A stretch of 64,000 nt of DNA from an uncultured Acidobacteriota bacterium. GTDB taxonomy: Bacteria > Acidobacteriota > Vicinamibacteria > Vicinamibacterales > CAVVIG01. The notes under the pieces were generated by a model. The model saw only the letters and a list, made by a program, of their open reading frames with translations. It was not told the DNA's origin and made no database searches. The DNA lies in contig CAWIMX010000001.1 in the NCBI GenBank assembly GCA_963837345.1, forward strand, positions 1,539,823-1,603,822, written 5' to 3'. The translations under genes were made by a program, and so were the position numbers. This document shows, piece by piece, positions 46,481-54,748 of the stretch; the stretch's first letter is position 1, and every line of letters starts with the position of its first letter.

Positions 46481-47803
46481 ATGGCCACCGACGTCGTGAT
46501 GCCGCAGATGGGCGAATCGATTGCCGAGGGGACCATCGTTCGCTGGATCAAGAAGGTCGGCGACCCGGTCGATCGTGACGAGCCGCTCTTCGAAATTTCC
46601 ACGGACAAGGTCGACGCCGAGATCCCGTCGCCGGCCGCCGGCGTCGTCACCGAGATCCGCGCGAAAGAGGGCGAGACCGTCGCGGTGAACAGCGTGGTCG
46701 CCGTCATCGGCTCGGCCTCGTCCGAGACGGCTGCCGTTCCCGGGACCCAGGCTGCGCCGGAGGTGACGCCACCGCCTCGGGAGTCGGCCGCCGCCCCCGC
46801 CGTGCTCGCGCCCCCGCCGCCGGTGAGCCACGCCGACGTCGCGAGACCCTCGGGCGCAGCGGCTGTGGACGGCGGTGATCGCCGTCGAACGTCGCCGCTC
46901 GTGCGGCGCATCGCCAAGGAGCGGAACGTCGATCTTTCGCAGGTGCCCGGCACGGGCGACGCGGGCCGCGTCACCAAGCAGGACATCCTGCAGTACCTCG
47001 AGGCCGCGCCGACGGCGGCGCCCCCCGGGGCGCCGCGCGCCGCGCGTCCCGCCCCGCCTCCGCTTCCCAACGCTCCAGTGGTCGAACGCCCCGTCTTCGC
47101 GGGCGACGACAACACGACGTCGGTGCCCCTGTCGGTGATGCGCAAGCGGATCGCCGAACACATGGTGCTCAGCCGGCGGACGTCGGCTCACGTGCATTCC
47201 GTCTTCGAGGTCAATTTCTCGCGCGTGGATCAGGCACGCCGGGCCCGGAAGGCGGAATTCGAGCGCGCCGGCGCGAAGCTCACGTTCATGTCGTTCATCG
47301 CGCGCGCCGCCGTGGACGCGCTGCACGCGATTCCCGTCGTGAACGCCTCCCTCGACGGCGAACAGATCGTCTATCACCGCGACGTGAATATCGGCATTGC
47401 GGTGGCGCTCGACTGGGGTCTCATCGTTCCGGTGGTGAAGCGAGCCGATCAGCTGAACCTGCTCGGCCTGAGCGTCGCGATCGCGGACCTTGCCGCGCGC
47501 GCGCGCCACAAGCGCCTGGCGCCGGACGATGTGGCCGGCGGCACGTTCACGATCACGAATCCCGGCGTTTTCGGCGCGCTCTTCGGCATGCCCATCATCA
47601 ACCAGCCGCAAGTCGCGATCCTCGGCGTCGGCAGCATCGAAAAGCGGCCGATCGTCGTGAACGATGCGATTGCGATCCGGTCGATGGCCTACCTCACGCT
47701 GGGCTACGACCACCGCCTGATCGACGGCGCCGTGGCGGATCAATTCATGTCGCACCTGAAGCACACCCTGGAGCAGTGGCCGCTCGACGATGAAGGCGCT
47801 TGA
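46481..47803 (+). CDS. 2-oxo acid dehydrogenase E2 (dihydrolipoamide acyltransferase)
   Basis: Lipoyl domain VVMPQMGESIAEGTIVRWIKKVGD...EISTDKVDAEIPS. PSBD. Catalytic LTLGYDHRLIDGA. Confidence 0.9.
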   Translation: MATDVVMPQMGESIAEGTIVRWIKKVGDPVDRDEPLFEISTDKVDAEIPSPAAGVVTEIRAKEGETVAVNSVVAVIGSASSETAAVPGTQAAPEVTPPPRESAAAPAVLAPPPPVSHADVARPSGAAAVDGGDRRRTSPLVRRIAKERNVDLSQVPGTGDAGRVTKQDILQYLEAAPTAAPPGAPRAARPAPPPLPNAPVVERPVFAGDDNTTSVPLSVMRKRIAEHMVLSRRTSAHVHSVFEVNFSRVDQARRARKAEFERAGAKLTFMSFIARAAVDALHAIPVVNASLDGEQIVYHRDVNIGIAVALDWGLIVPVVKRADQLNLLGLSVAIADLAARARHKRLAPDDVAGGTFTITNPGVFGALFGMPIINQPQVAILGVGSIEKRPIVVNDAIAIRSMAYLTLGYDHRLIDGAVADQFMSHLKHTLEQWPLDDEGA

Positions 47804-48473
47804 GGTTCGAGATCTGGGACGCCTGGCGTACGCCGACGCGCTCGACCTTCAGCGCCGGCTGGTCGAAGAGCGCCGCGCGGGACGTGTGGACGACCTGCTG
47901 TTGTTCGTCGAACATCCACACGTCCTCACGCTCGGGGTGAAGGGCGACGGCGGCCGTGGCCACATCCTGGCCGGGCCCGAACGCCTGGCGGCGCTCGGCG
48001 TCACCGTGCACGAGGCGGGCCGCGGCGGCGACATCACCTACCACGGGCCCGGGCAGATCGTCGGGTACCCCATCCTCGACCTGAGACCCGACCGCTGCGA
48101 CGTGCATCGCTACGTGCGCGATCTCGAAGAGGTGATGATTCGCACGCTCGCCGACTACCACGTCCAGGCCCGCCGCGTGAAGGGCCTCACCGGCGTGTGG
48201 GTGGGGGCCGACAAGCTGGCCGCGATCGGCGTCCGCATCTCGCGGTGGGTCACCAGCCACGGCTTCGCGTTCAACGTGGCCACCGATCTCGATTACTTCG
48301 GGTTGATCGTCCCGTGCGGCATTGCCGATCGCGGCGTCACGTCGCTCGCGCGCGTGCTCGGGCGTTCAATCGATCGCGCCGAGGTGCAGGAACGCCTCGT
48401 GTCGCACTTCTGCGACGTCTTCGACCGGGCGCCCGCGCGCGAGCCGGCCGCCGCCGCGAAAGGCGTCAGGTGA
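47790..48473 (+). CDS. lipB: lipoyl(octanoyl) transferase
   Basis: LLLFVEHPHVLTLG...RGGDITYHGPGQIVGYPIL...KLAAIGVRISRWVTSHGFA is the LipB signature. Confidence 0.9.
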   Translation: MKALEVRDLGRLAYADALDLQRRLVEERRAGRVDDLLLFVEHPHVLTLGVKGDGGRGHILAGPERLAALGVTVHEAGRGGDITYHGPGQIVGYPILDLRPDRCDVHRYVRDLEEVMIRTLADYHVQARRVKGLTGVWVGADKLAAIGVRISRWVTSHGFAFNVATDLDYFGLIVPCGIADRGVTSLARVLGRSIDRAEVQERLVSHFCDVFDRAPAREPAAAAKGVR

Positions 48474-49186
48474 GCGAGTCGTCTCCGGTCCGCATGGTCG
48501 CCCCGACGCGCCTGACCTGGGGCGTCGTCGGCCTCACCGCCGGCGTCGTCGCGTTCAGCATGGCATTCCTTCTCGCGCGCTACACCGCGCTGCCCGATAT
48601 TCTTCCGGTTCGCTTCAACGCGGCACGCCACGCCAACGGTTGGCAGTACAAGACCTATGCGCGGGTGTTCATGCCCGTCCTCGTACAACTGGTGCTGGTC
48701 ACCGTGTTCGGCGCCGTGGCCGCGCTGTTGCTCTCGCGCCCGCATCGGTCCCAGGGACACCGCTCGGCCGACATGGATGCCGCCGCCGTGGCAGCCGAAG
48801 CGGTCGCCCTCGTCGCGCTCGTCTGGGTGGCCTTTCAGGGCTACGCGGCCGTGGCGCTCGCCACGATGTGGCAGCGCGGATTCGGCGGGCTCGGGCGCGT
48901 CTACACGCTCATCATGTGGATCGGCTTCGGGCTGACCGCGCTCGTGTTCATTCGGGCGCAGCGCGGCCTCGGACGTCCCGATCCGCAGCCTTTCGACCCG
49001 AGCCACTGGCGCTTCGGCGCCCTGTATCGAAACGCGGCGGACCCGGCGCTGTTCGTGCCGACTCGCGATGGAACCCGCTGGACCCTCAACTTCGGACGTC
49101 CGGTCGCGGCGGCGCTCATGGGGTTGATTCTGGCCCTCGGCATCCTCGGCCCGACGATCATCCTCGGCCTGCTCCTCCGCTCCTAG
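48470..49186 (+). CDS. DUF1648/DUF5808 membrane protein
   Basis: GTGA overlap with lipB. LPDILPVRFNAARHANGWQYK (DUF1648-like) and ADPALFVPTRDGTRWTLNFGRP (DUF5808-like). Confidence 0.6.
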   Translation: MSESSPVRMVAPTRLTWGVVGLTAGVVAFSMAFLLARYTALPDILPVRFNAARHANGWQYKTYARVFMPVLVQLVLVTVFGAVAALLLSRPHRSQGHRSADMDAAAVAAEAVALVALVWVAFQGYAAVALATMWQRGFGGLGRVYTLIMWIGFGLTALVFIRAQRGLGRPDPQPFDPSHWRFGALYRNAADPALFVPTRDGTRWTLNFGRPVAAALMGLILALGILGPTIILGLLLRS

Positions 49187-49323
49187 CCGTCGACCTTCCT
49201 CAGGCGGGATCGTCCATCCGTCAATCCAATGCAAGTCCATTAGATACAGGTATTTATAGGTAATAGTTCACGTGTGGAATATTTTGGCCGCCCGCCGTGT
49301 TCTACCACCACATGGGGGCTTCC

Positions 49324-49947
49324 ATGCGGGACCTGCATTCCGACCGGGCGCTGCTCACGCGGCTGCAGTCGGGCGACGAAAGCGCCGTCGCCGAGCTGGC
49401 GGAGACGTACGGCTCGAAGATCTACCAGCTGGCCTTTCGACACCTGCGGAACAAGGAAGACGCCGAGGAAGTGGCGCAGGACGTTCTGTTCAAGGTGTAT
49501 CGCAAGATCGGCGCGTTTCGAGGCGACGCCGCGCTGTCGTCGTGGATCTATCGGATCACGTTCAACGCGGCCATGTCCCGGCTGCGCACGTCGAGCTACC
49601 AGCGATCGCAGGACAGCCTTCGCCAGTCGCCGGCGGAGGGCCAGGATCCCGCGACGCGGCCGGCCCTCGAGCCCGCCGACTGGTCGCACATGGGCGACGA
49701 GCGGGTGCTGCGTGCCGAGATGCGGCGTCAGGCGCTGCGCGCGATTCTCGCGCTGCCGGCGATCTATCGCGCACCGGTCGTGCTGCGAGACCTGCAGGGC
49801 ATGTCCACCGAGGAGGCGAGCGCGGTGCTGCAGGTCAAGGATCAGACGCTCAAGTCGCGCCTGCATCGCGGCCGCATGATCCTGCGCCGGCAGCTGGCGG
49901 CGTTCGCCGGCGGCCTCACCCTGCACCGGCCCGTCTACGGCGTGTAG
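49324..49947 (+). CDS. ECF-type RNA polymerase sigma-70 family factor
   Basis: Region 2 DAEEVAQDVLFKVYRKIGAFRGDAALSSWIYRITFNAA. Region 4 LPAIYRAPVVLRDLQGMSTEEASAVLQVKDQTLKSRLHRGR. Earlier starts at 49297 or 49312 are possible. Confidence 0.85.
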   Translation: MRDLHSDRALLTRLQSGDESAVAELAETYGSKIYQLAFRHLRNKEDAEEVAQDVLFKVYRKIGAFRGDAALSSWIYRITFNAAMSRLRTSSYQRSQDSLRQSPAEGQDPATRPALEPADWSHMGDERVLRAEMRRQALRAILALPAIYRAPVVLRDLQGMSTEEASAVLQVKDQTLKSRLHRGRMILRRQLAAFAGGLTLHRPVYGV

Positions 49948-49968
49948 ACGGAGGCGGCCCCGCCGAAT

Positions 49969-50808
49969 CTACCGCAAGCAGGCGTTGTCGAAGGCCACCT
50001 GATCGCGCGCGTTCAAATGGAGCGCGATCGGCATGGCCCCTTCCGGCCCCAGCCGCGCCGGAATGGCGACGGCGCGCGCCTTGACACCCAACGAATCGTC
50101 GGGCGCCAGGAACATGCTGAGGGTGCGCCTGGTGCGGCCCGCGATCGCGTCGACCGCAAGAGCGGCCGCAGACGCCAGGGCATAGGGGCCGGGTGGCCAC
50201 AGCGCCGGCAGCTTTGCCGCGAGCCGTCGCCGCGTTGGGTCGTCCAGAACGCGCACCAGGCTGATCCCGTGAGCCGTGGCGTCTTCCCAGGGAATCACGA
50301 CTGGAGCGGGCGGCGTGCCGACCAACGCGAGCGAGACGTCGGACGGCGACCCTCCGACTTCGAGCGCGACAAGCGCTCGCACGGCGGCGGCCAGCGCTTC
50401 GGGCGACGTCCCGACCAGCCGTCGCCGGTCGAGCCGAAGCTCGCGGACGCTCTGCTCGACGAGGTCGCTCGACGCGGCGTGCGCGCAGAGAACGACGGCC
50501 AGAGGCGCCGCCCGCATCAGCCGCTGGATCAACGGCGGCAGCGTTCCGTCCGGCCAGGCGGCCGAAGTCGCCGGGTCGGCGAGCACGATCGCGTCGACCC
50601 CGGCGGCCGCCGCCAGGTCGCTCGAACCCACGATCTCCGTGGCGAAGCACTCGACGGGCGCGGCCTCGGCGATGTCGAGCGCCTTGCCTTCCGCCACCCG
50701 CCCTCGTTCGTCGATGAGGCGCACCACGCGCGCGGCGCCGCGCCGGGCGATCTGATGCGCGCACAGGCCGCCCAGTTCGCCGGCCCCGACGACCGCCACC
50801 TCGTGCAT
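49969..50808 (-). CDS. lactate/malate dehydrogenase family-like protein (divergent)
   Basis: N-terminal Rossmann VAVVGAGELGG and overall LDH/MDH-like length (279 aa). The assignment is weak. Confidence 0.5.
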   Translation of the reverse strand: MHEVAVVGAGELGGLCAHQIARRGAARVVRLIDERGRVAEGKALDIAEAAPVECFATEIVGSSDLAAAAGVDAIVLADPATSAAWPDGTLPPLIQRLMRAAPLAVVLCAHAASSDLVEQSVRELRLDRRRLVGTSPEALAAAVRALVALEVGGSPSDVSLALVGTPPAPVVIPWEDATAHGISLVRVLDDPTRRRLAAKLPALWPPGPYALASAAALAVDAIAGRTRRTLSMFLAPDDSLGVKARAVAIPARLGPEGAMPIALHLNARDQVAFDNACLR

Positions 50809-50891
50809 GCGCCCGCTATTGTATGCGGAGGGCGGCCGCCGCTCGTCGGATGCGGCCCGCCGAGGCGCGCCGACTGCGCTAAAGTGTGACC

Positions 50892-51611
50892 ATGTCAGAG
50901 GGCTTGAACGGCAAGGTGGCCGTCGTCACCGGTGGCTCGCGCGGGATCGGGCTCGCCATCGCGAGCGCGCTGTGCGCCGAGGGCGTGCATGTGGCGATTA
51001 CGGGCCGGAACGAAGCCCGTCTGGCGGCCGCCCGGCCGCTCATCGAACGGTCAGGACCGGGATCGGTCGAATCGCTCTGTGCCGACGTGCGGCGGTTCGA
51101 CGAAATCGCGCGGGCCGTGGATGCCGCGGCGTCGCGATTCGGCGGACTGGACATGCTGGTGAACAACGCCGGCGTCGGACGGTTTGCCGATGTCGCCGAC
51201 ATGACGCTCGAGGACTGGTCGCAGGTGATCGACACGAACCTGACCGGCGTCTTCTTCGCCTGCCGCGCGGCCCTCCCGCACCTCAAGCGTCGGGGGAGCG
51301 GGTACATCGTCAACATCAGCAGTCTGGCCGGCAAGAATCCCTTCGTCCACGGGGGCGCGTACTGCGCGTCGAAGGCCGGCTTGAACGCGTTCAGCGAAGC
51401 GCTGATGCAGGAAGTCCGGTACGACAACATCCGGGTGAGCTACGTGCTGCCGGGGTCCGTGGCCACCGAGTTCACCGGCGACGCCGCGCGCGGCGCCGAG
51501 TGGAAGATGGCGGCGAGCGACGTGGCGGACATCGTCGTGGACCTTCTGAAGCATCCGTCGCGCAGCCTGGCGAGCCGGGTCGAAATGCGTCCGGCGAAGC
51601 CACGCAAGTAG
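50892..51611 (+). CDS. SDR family oxidoreductase
   Basis: GKVAVVTGGSRGIG, NNAG, and a YCASKAG catalytic Tyr/Lys. Confidence 0.85.
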   Translation: MSEGLNGKVAVVTGGSRGIGLAIASALCAEGVHVAITGRNEARLAAARPLIERSGPGSVESLCADVRRFDEIARAVDAAASRFGGLDMLVNNAGVGRFADVADMTLEDWSQVIDTNLTGVFFACRAALPHLKRRGSGYIVNISSLAGKNPFVHGGAYCASKAGLNAFSEALMQEVRYDNIRVSYVLPGSVATEFTGDAARGAEWKMAASDVADIVVDLLKHPSRSLASRVEMRPAKPRK

Positions 51612-51628
51612 CCACGCGAGCATTCGCG

Positions 51629-53470
51629 ATGCAGGATGCCCTCGGCCACTACAAGATCCTCGAGCATGTCGGCAGCAGCGGTCTCGGCGACGTGTACCGT
51701 GCGCGGGACACCCAGCTCGGGCGCACGGTTGCGATCAAAGTGCTGCCCGCATCACTGACCGACGATCCCCGCACGCGCGACCGTTTTCTGCGCGACGCGC
51801 GCATGGCCACGGCTCTCTCGCATCCGAATATCGCCGCCCTGTATGAAGTGGGCGAGGACCATGGCCAGCTGTTCCTCGCCTGCGAATTCGTGCCCGGGGA
51901 ATCCCTGAAGACGACGATGGCCGGGCATGCGATGAATCCCCGCCGCGCGATCGATTTCGCGGTGCAGGTCGCCGACGCCCTCGCCGACGCCCACGCCGCC
52001 GGGATCGTCCACGGGCACCTCACGGCCGACACGATCAGGGTGACGTCCAAGGGCAGCGCGAAGCTGCTCGACTTCGGGCTGTCCGGGTGGGCCCTGTCCG
52101 GCGGTGGCACCGACGCCCTGGCCAAGTATCGCGACGACATCGCGGCGCTCGGCCGCGTGCTGTTCGAGATGTTGACCGGCGCCCCGCCGCCCACGCCCCC
52201 GCGGGCGCCCAGCACGCTCAATCGCCACGTCCCCGGCGAGCTGGATGCGATCGTGCTGAAGGCGCTCGCGCCCGCCGACACGCCGGGGTACCAGTCGGCG
52301 GCCACCCTGGCGGCCGAGCTGCGCGCCGTCCGCGCGATCATCGACGTGCGCACCGACGCCGAGGCCGTGGTGCCGCCACGAGCGCGCGCGGGCGGCCCGC
52401 GCCTCGCGGCATGGACGCTCGCCGCGCTCGCCCTGATCGGGGTCGCGGCCTGGCTGGCACGCGAGCCGGCACGGCGGCTCTGGGAATCCGCCTTTCGGCC
52501 GCCTCCGGCGCCCGTGATCGGCGTGCTGCCGCTCGAGCTCGAGACGGCGGATCGCTCCGAGACCTATTTTGCGGACGGCGTCGCCGAAGGGCTCGCCAGG
52601 CGCCTCGGAGCGATTCCAGGAGTGCTCGTCCTGGGGCGGTCTGGACTCAGGCGCGACCGCGGACGCACACCGACCGATCTGGCGCGCGCGCTCGGGGCTC
52701 GCGTGGTTCTGACCGGCCGCATCCGTCCGCAGGCGAGTCCGTTGTCGATGTCGCTCGAGCTGATCGATCCGGCGGGAGAGTCCATCTGGTCGGCCACCTA
52801 TTCACGCGATCCCTCACAGCTGCTCGCGCTCCAGGCCCAGGCGGCCGGCGAGGTCGCCTCGGCGCTGGGCGTGGATGTCGAGCCGACCGCCGCCGGCGCC
52901 AGGGCGGAGGCCAGGGTGGTCGACCCGGCCGCCTATCGCGCGTACCTCGAGGGCCGTCAGGCGGCAGCCGACGGGCGCCTGTCGGATGCGGTCGCGTTCT
53001 ACCAGCAGGCGGCCGATCGCGATGCCGGCCTGGCCGAAGCGCTGGCCGCTCTCGCGCTGGCTATCGACACGACCGAGGAGTCGCCGACCGACGTGCAGCG
53101 GCGCGACGATGCCGCCACGCGGGCGTACCAGCTGGATCCGGACCTCCCCGACGCGAATGCCGCGATGGCGCTCGGCGCCGCCGATCTGGAGAAGGCGCTC
53201 GGCTATCTGCGCCATGGTGTGGAGGTCGATCGATCCTGGGGCGACGGATACCGGCGAATCGCCGATCGAATCCGTCCGTTCGACCCGGTTCGCGCCGCCG
53301 CTTTCTACCAGGCCTCGCTCGCCGTCGATCCCCGGCTCGCCGCCAGCCGCGCCGGGTTGAGCGAGGCGCAGGGCATGCAGCCGCCCGACGACGCGCGCCT
53401 CGAGCGCGAACGGATCGCGACCGCGGTCGGTGGACTGATCGAGCGACCGGCCGAGCCTGGTCAGCGCTGA
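51629..53470 (+). CDS. Ser/Thr protein kinase-like protein (probable pseudokinase) with TM and periplasmic/TPR-like C-terminal region
   Basis: G-loop VGSSGLGDVY, VAIKVL and DFG are present. HRD/DLKPxN is replaced by IVHGHLTADTI, and the activation loop/APE segment is very short. TM LAAWTLAALALIGVAAWLA. Confidence 0.8.
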   Translation: MQDALGHYKILEHVGSSGLGDVYRARDTQLGRTVAIKVLPASLTDDPRTRDRFLRDARMATALSHPNIAALYEVGEDHGQLFLACEFVPGESLKTTMAGHAMNPRRAIDFAVQVADALADAHAAGIVHGHLTADTIRVTSKGSAKLLDFGLSGWALSGGGTDALAKYRDDIAALGRVLFEMLTGAPPPTPPRAPSTLNRHVPGELDAIVLKALAPADTPGYQSAATLAAELRAVRAIIDVRTDAEAVVPPRARAGGPRLAAWTLAALALIGVAAWLAREPARRLWESAFRPPPAPVIGVLPLELETADRSETYFADGVAEGLARRLGAIPGVLVLGRSGLRRDRGRTPTDLARALGARVVLTGRIRPQASPLSMSLELIDPAGESIWSATYSRDPSQLLALQAQAAGEVASALGVDVEPTAAGARAEARVVDPAAYRAYLEGRQAAADGRLSDAVAFYQQAADRDAGLAEALAALALAIDTTEESPTDVQRRDDAATRAYQLDPDLPDANAAMALGAADLEKALGYLRHGVEVDRSWGDGYRRIADRIRPFDPVRAAAFYQASLAVDPRLAASRAGLSEAQGMQPPDDARLERERIATAVGGLIERPAEPGQR

Positions 53471-53805
53471 AGGATGTCCGCGAGGCGCTGGGTGAACGCC
53501 GAGCGCGGCAGCACGTCGCCGATGCCGGCGTTCCGCGCGGCTTCGATGAGCTCGCTCTGCACGTGCGAGACGTAGCCGAGCGTGGGAATTGGCGCCAGCG
53601 CCGCGTCGGCCTTCATGGCGGCCACGATGCCCACGGCATCGACGCGGGCGTTCAGGTCGAAAATCACCAGCGACGGCGCGCCCTTGCGCATCTCGTCGAG
53701 CGCGGCCTCCGAAGAACGGGCGAACACCACCAACACGCCGAGCTGCGACGCCGCCGTCCGGATTCTGGACGTGAACATCAGGTCGTCGACGACAGCGAGT
53801 ATCAT
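53461..53805 (-). CDS. single-domain response regulator (CheY-like)
   Basis: MILAVVDDLMF...SLVIFDLN...; 114 aa. Only the C-terminal part of the 294-aa track ORF is real. Confidence 0.75.
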   Translation of the reverse strand: MILAVVDDLMFTSRIRTAASQLGVLVVFARSSEAALDEMRKGAPSLVIFDLNARVDAVGIVAAMKADAALAPIPTLGYVSHVQSELIEAARNAGIGDVLPRSAFTQRLADILQR

Positions 53806-53817
53806 GAGCGCTCCACC

Positions 53818-54456
53818 ATGATAGTGGAGTCGCGGGCCGTCGGCCCGTTCTTCAAGAACGGCTTCCTGGTCGGCTGCGAAACGACGCGTGACGCCGTGAT
53901 CATCGATCCGGGCGACGAGGTCCGCGATCTGCTCGGAATCGCCGAACGCGAGCGCCTGGCCATCAGGCACATCCTGCTGACACACGCGCATGTGGACCAC
54001 GTCACCGGCGTCGCAGCAGCCAAGCGCGCCCTGGGCGTGCCGATCTACCTGCACAAGGACGATCTCTTCCTCTACGAGGAGGCCGTCGAGAGCGGTGCCA
54101 TCTTCGGTCTCGACGTCGAGCCGCAGCCTCCGATCGACGTGTACTACACGCCGGGTCAGGTGATCAGGTTCGGAGAGTACGAGGTGCGCCCGCATCACAC
54201 GCCGGGCCACTGCCCGGGCGGCGTCTGTCTGCAGGTGGGCCGTGCCGGCTCGACCGGCAGGGACCTGTTCGTCGGGGACACGCTCTTTGCCGGGTCGATC
54301 GGCCGGACCGACCTGCCGGGAGGCGACTCCGACGTGCTGATCCAATCAATCCGCACCGTCCTCTTCGCGTTCGGCGACGACTGCGTCGTCTATCCGGGCC
54401 ACGGGCCCACGACGACCATCGGCCGCGAGCGCCGCACTAATCCATTCCTAGTGTGA
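53818..54456 (+). CDS. MBL-fold metallo-hydrolase (glyoxalase II-like)
   Basis: LLTHAHVDHVTG (HxHxDH), HTPGHCPGG, GDTLFAGSIGRTD. 212 aa. Confidence 0.85.
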   Translation: MIVESRAVGPFFKNGFLVGCETTRDAVIIDPGDEVRDLLGIAERERLAIRHILLTHAHVDHVTGVAAAKRALGVPIYLHKDDLFLYEEAVESGAIFGLDVEPQPPIDVYYTPGQVIRFGEYEVRPHHTPGHCPGGVCLQVGRAGSTGRDLFVGDTLFAGSIGRTDLPGGDSDVLIQSIRTVLFAFGDDCVVYPGHGPTTTIGRERRTNPFLV

Positions 54457-54748
54457 GCTCGACCCGACCGACGCGCAGGCGGTCGCCCGTGCGCAGCTCC
54501 GCCTTGTTCACCCGTGTGTCGTTCACGTAGGTGCCGTTCGTGCTCGTGGAATCGACCACGTCGACGTGATCGTCGAAGGCGGTGAGACGGCAATGCAGAC
54601 GCGACACCAGGGGCGCATCCACGATGAAGTCGGCGCGCGGCGCGCGCCCGACCGTTCTGGTTGCGCCGGGCCGCAGGCGGAAGGTGAGGGCATCGGGCCC
54701 GGCGCCGGCGCCCAGGACCCACATCGCCGGGACAGGCGGTCCGCTCAT
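54437..54748 (-). CDS. FHA domain protein
   Basis: TVGRAPRADFIVDAPLVSRLHCRL...DSTSTNGTYVND is the FHA signature. ATGA overlap with the upstream hydrolase. Confidence 0.8.
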   Translation of the reverse strand: MSGPPVPAMWVLGAGAGPDALTFRLRPGATRTVGRAPRADFIVDAPLVSRLHCRLTAFDDHVDVVDSTSTNGTYVNDTRVNKAELRTGDRLRVGRVELTLGMD

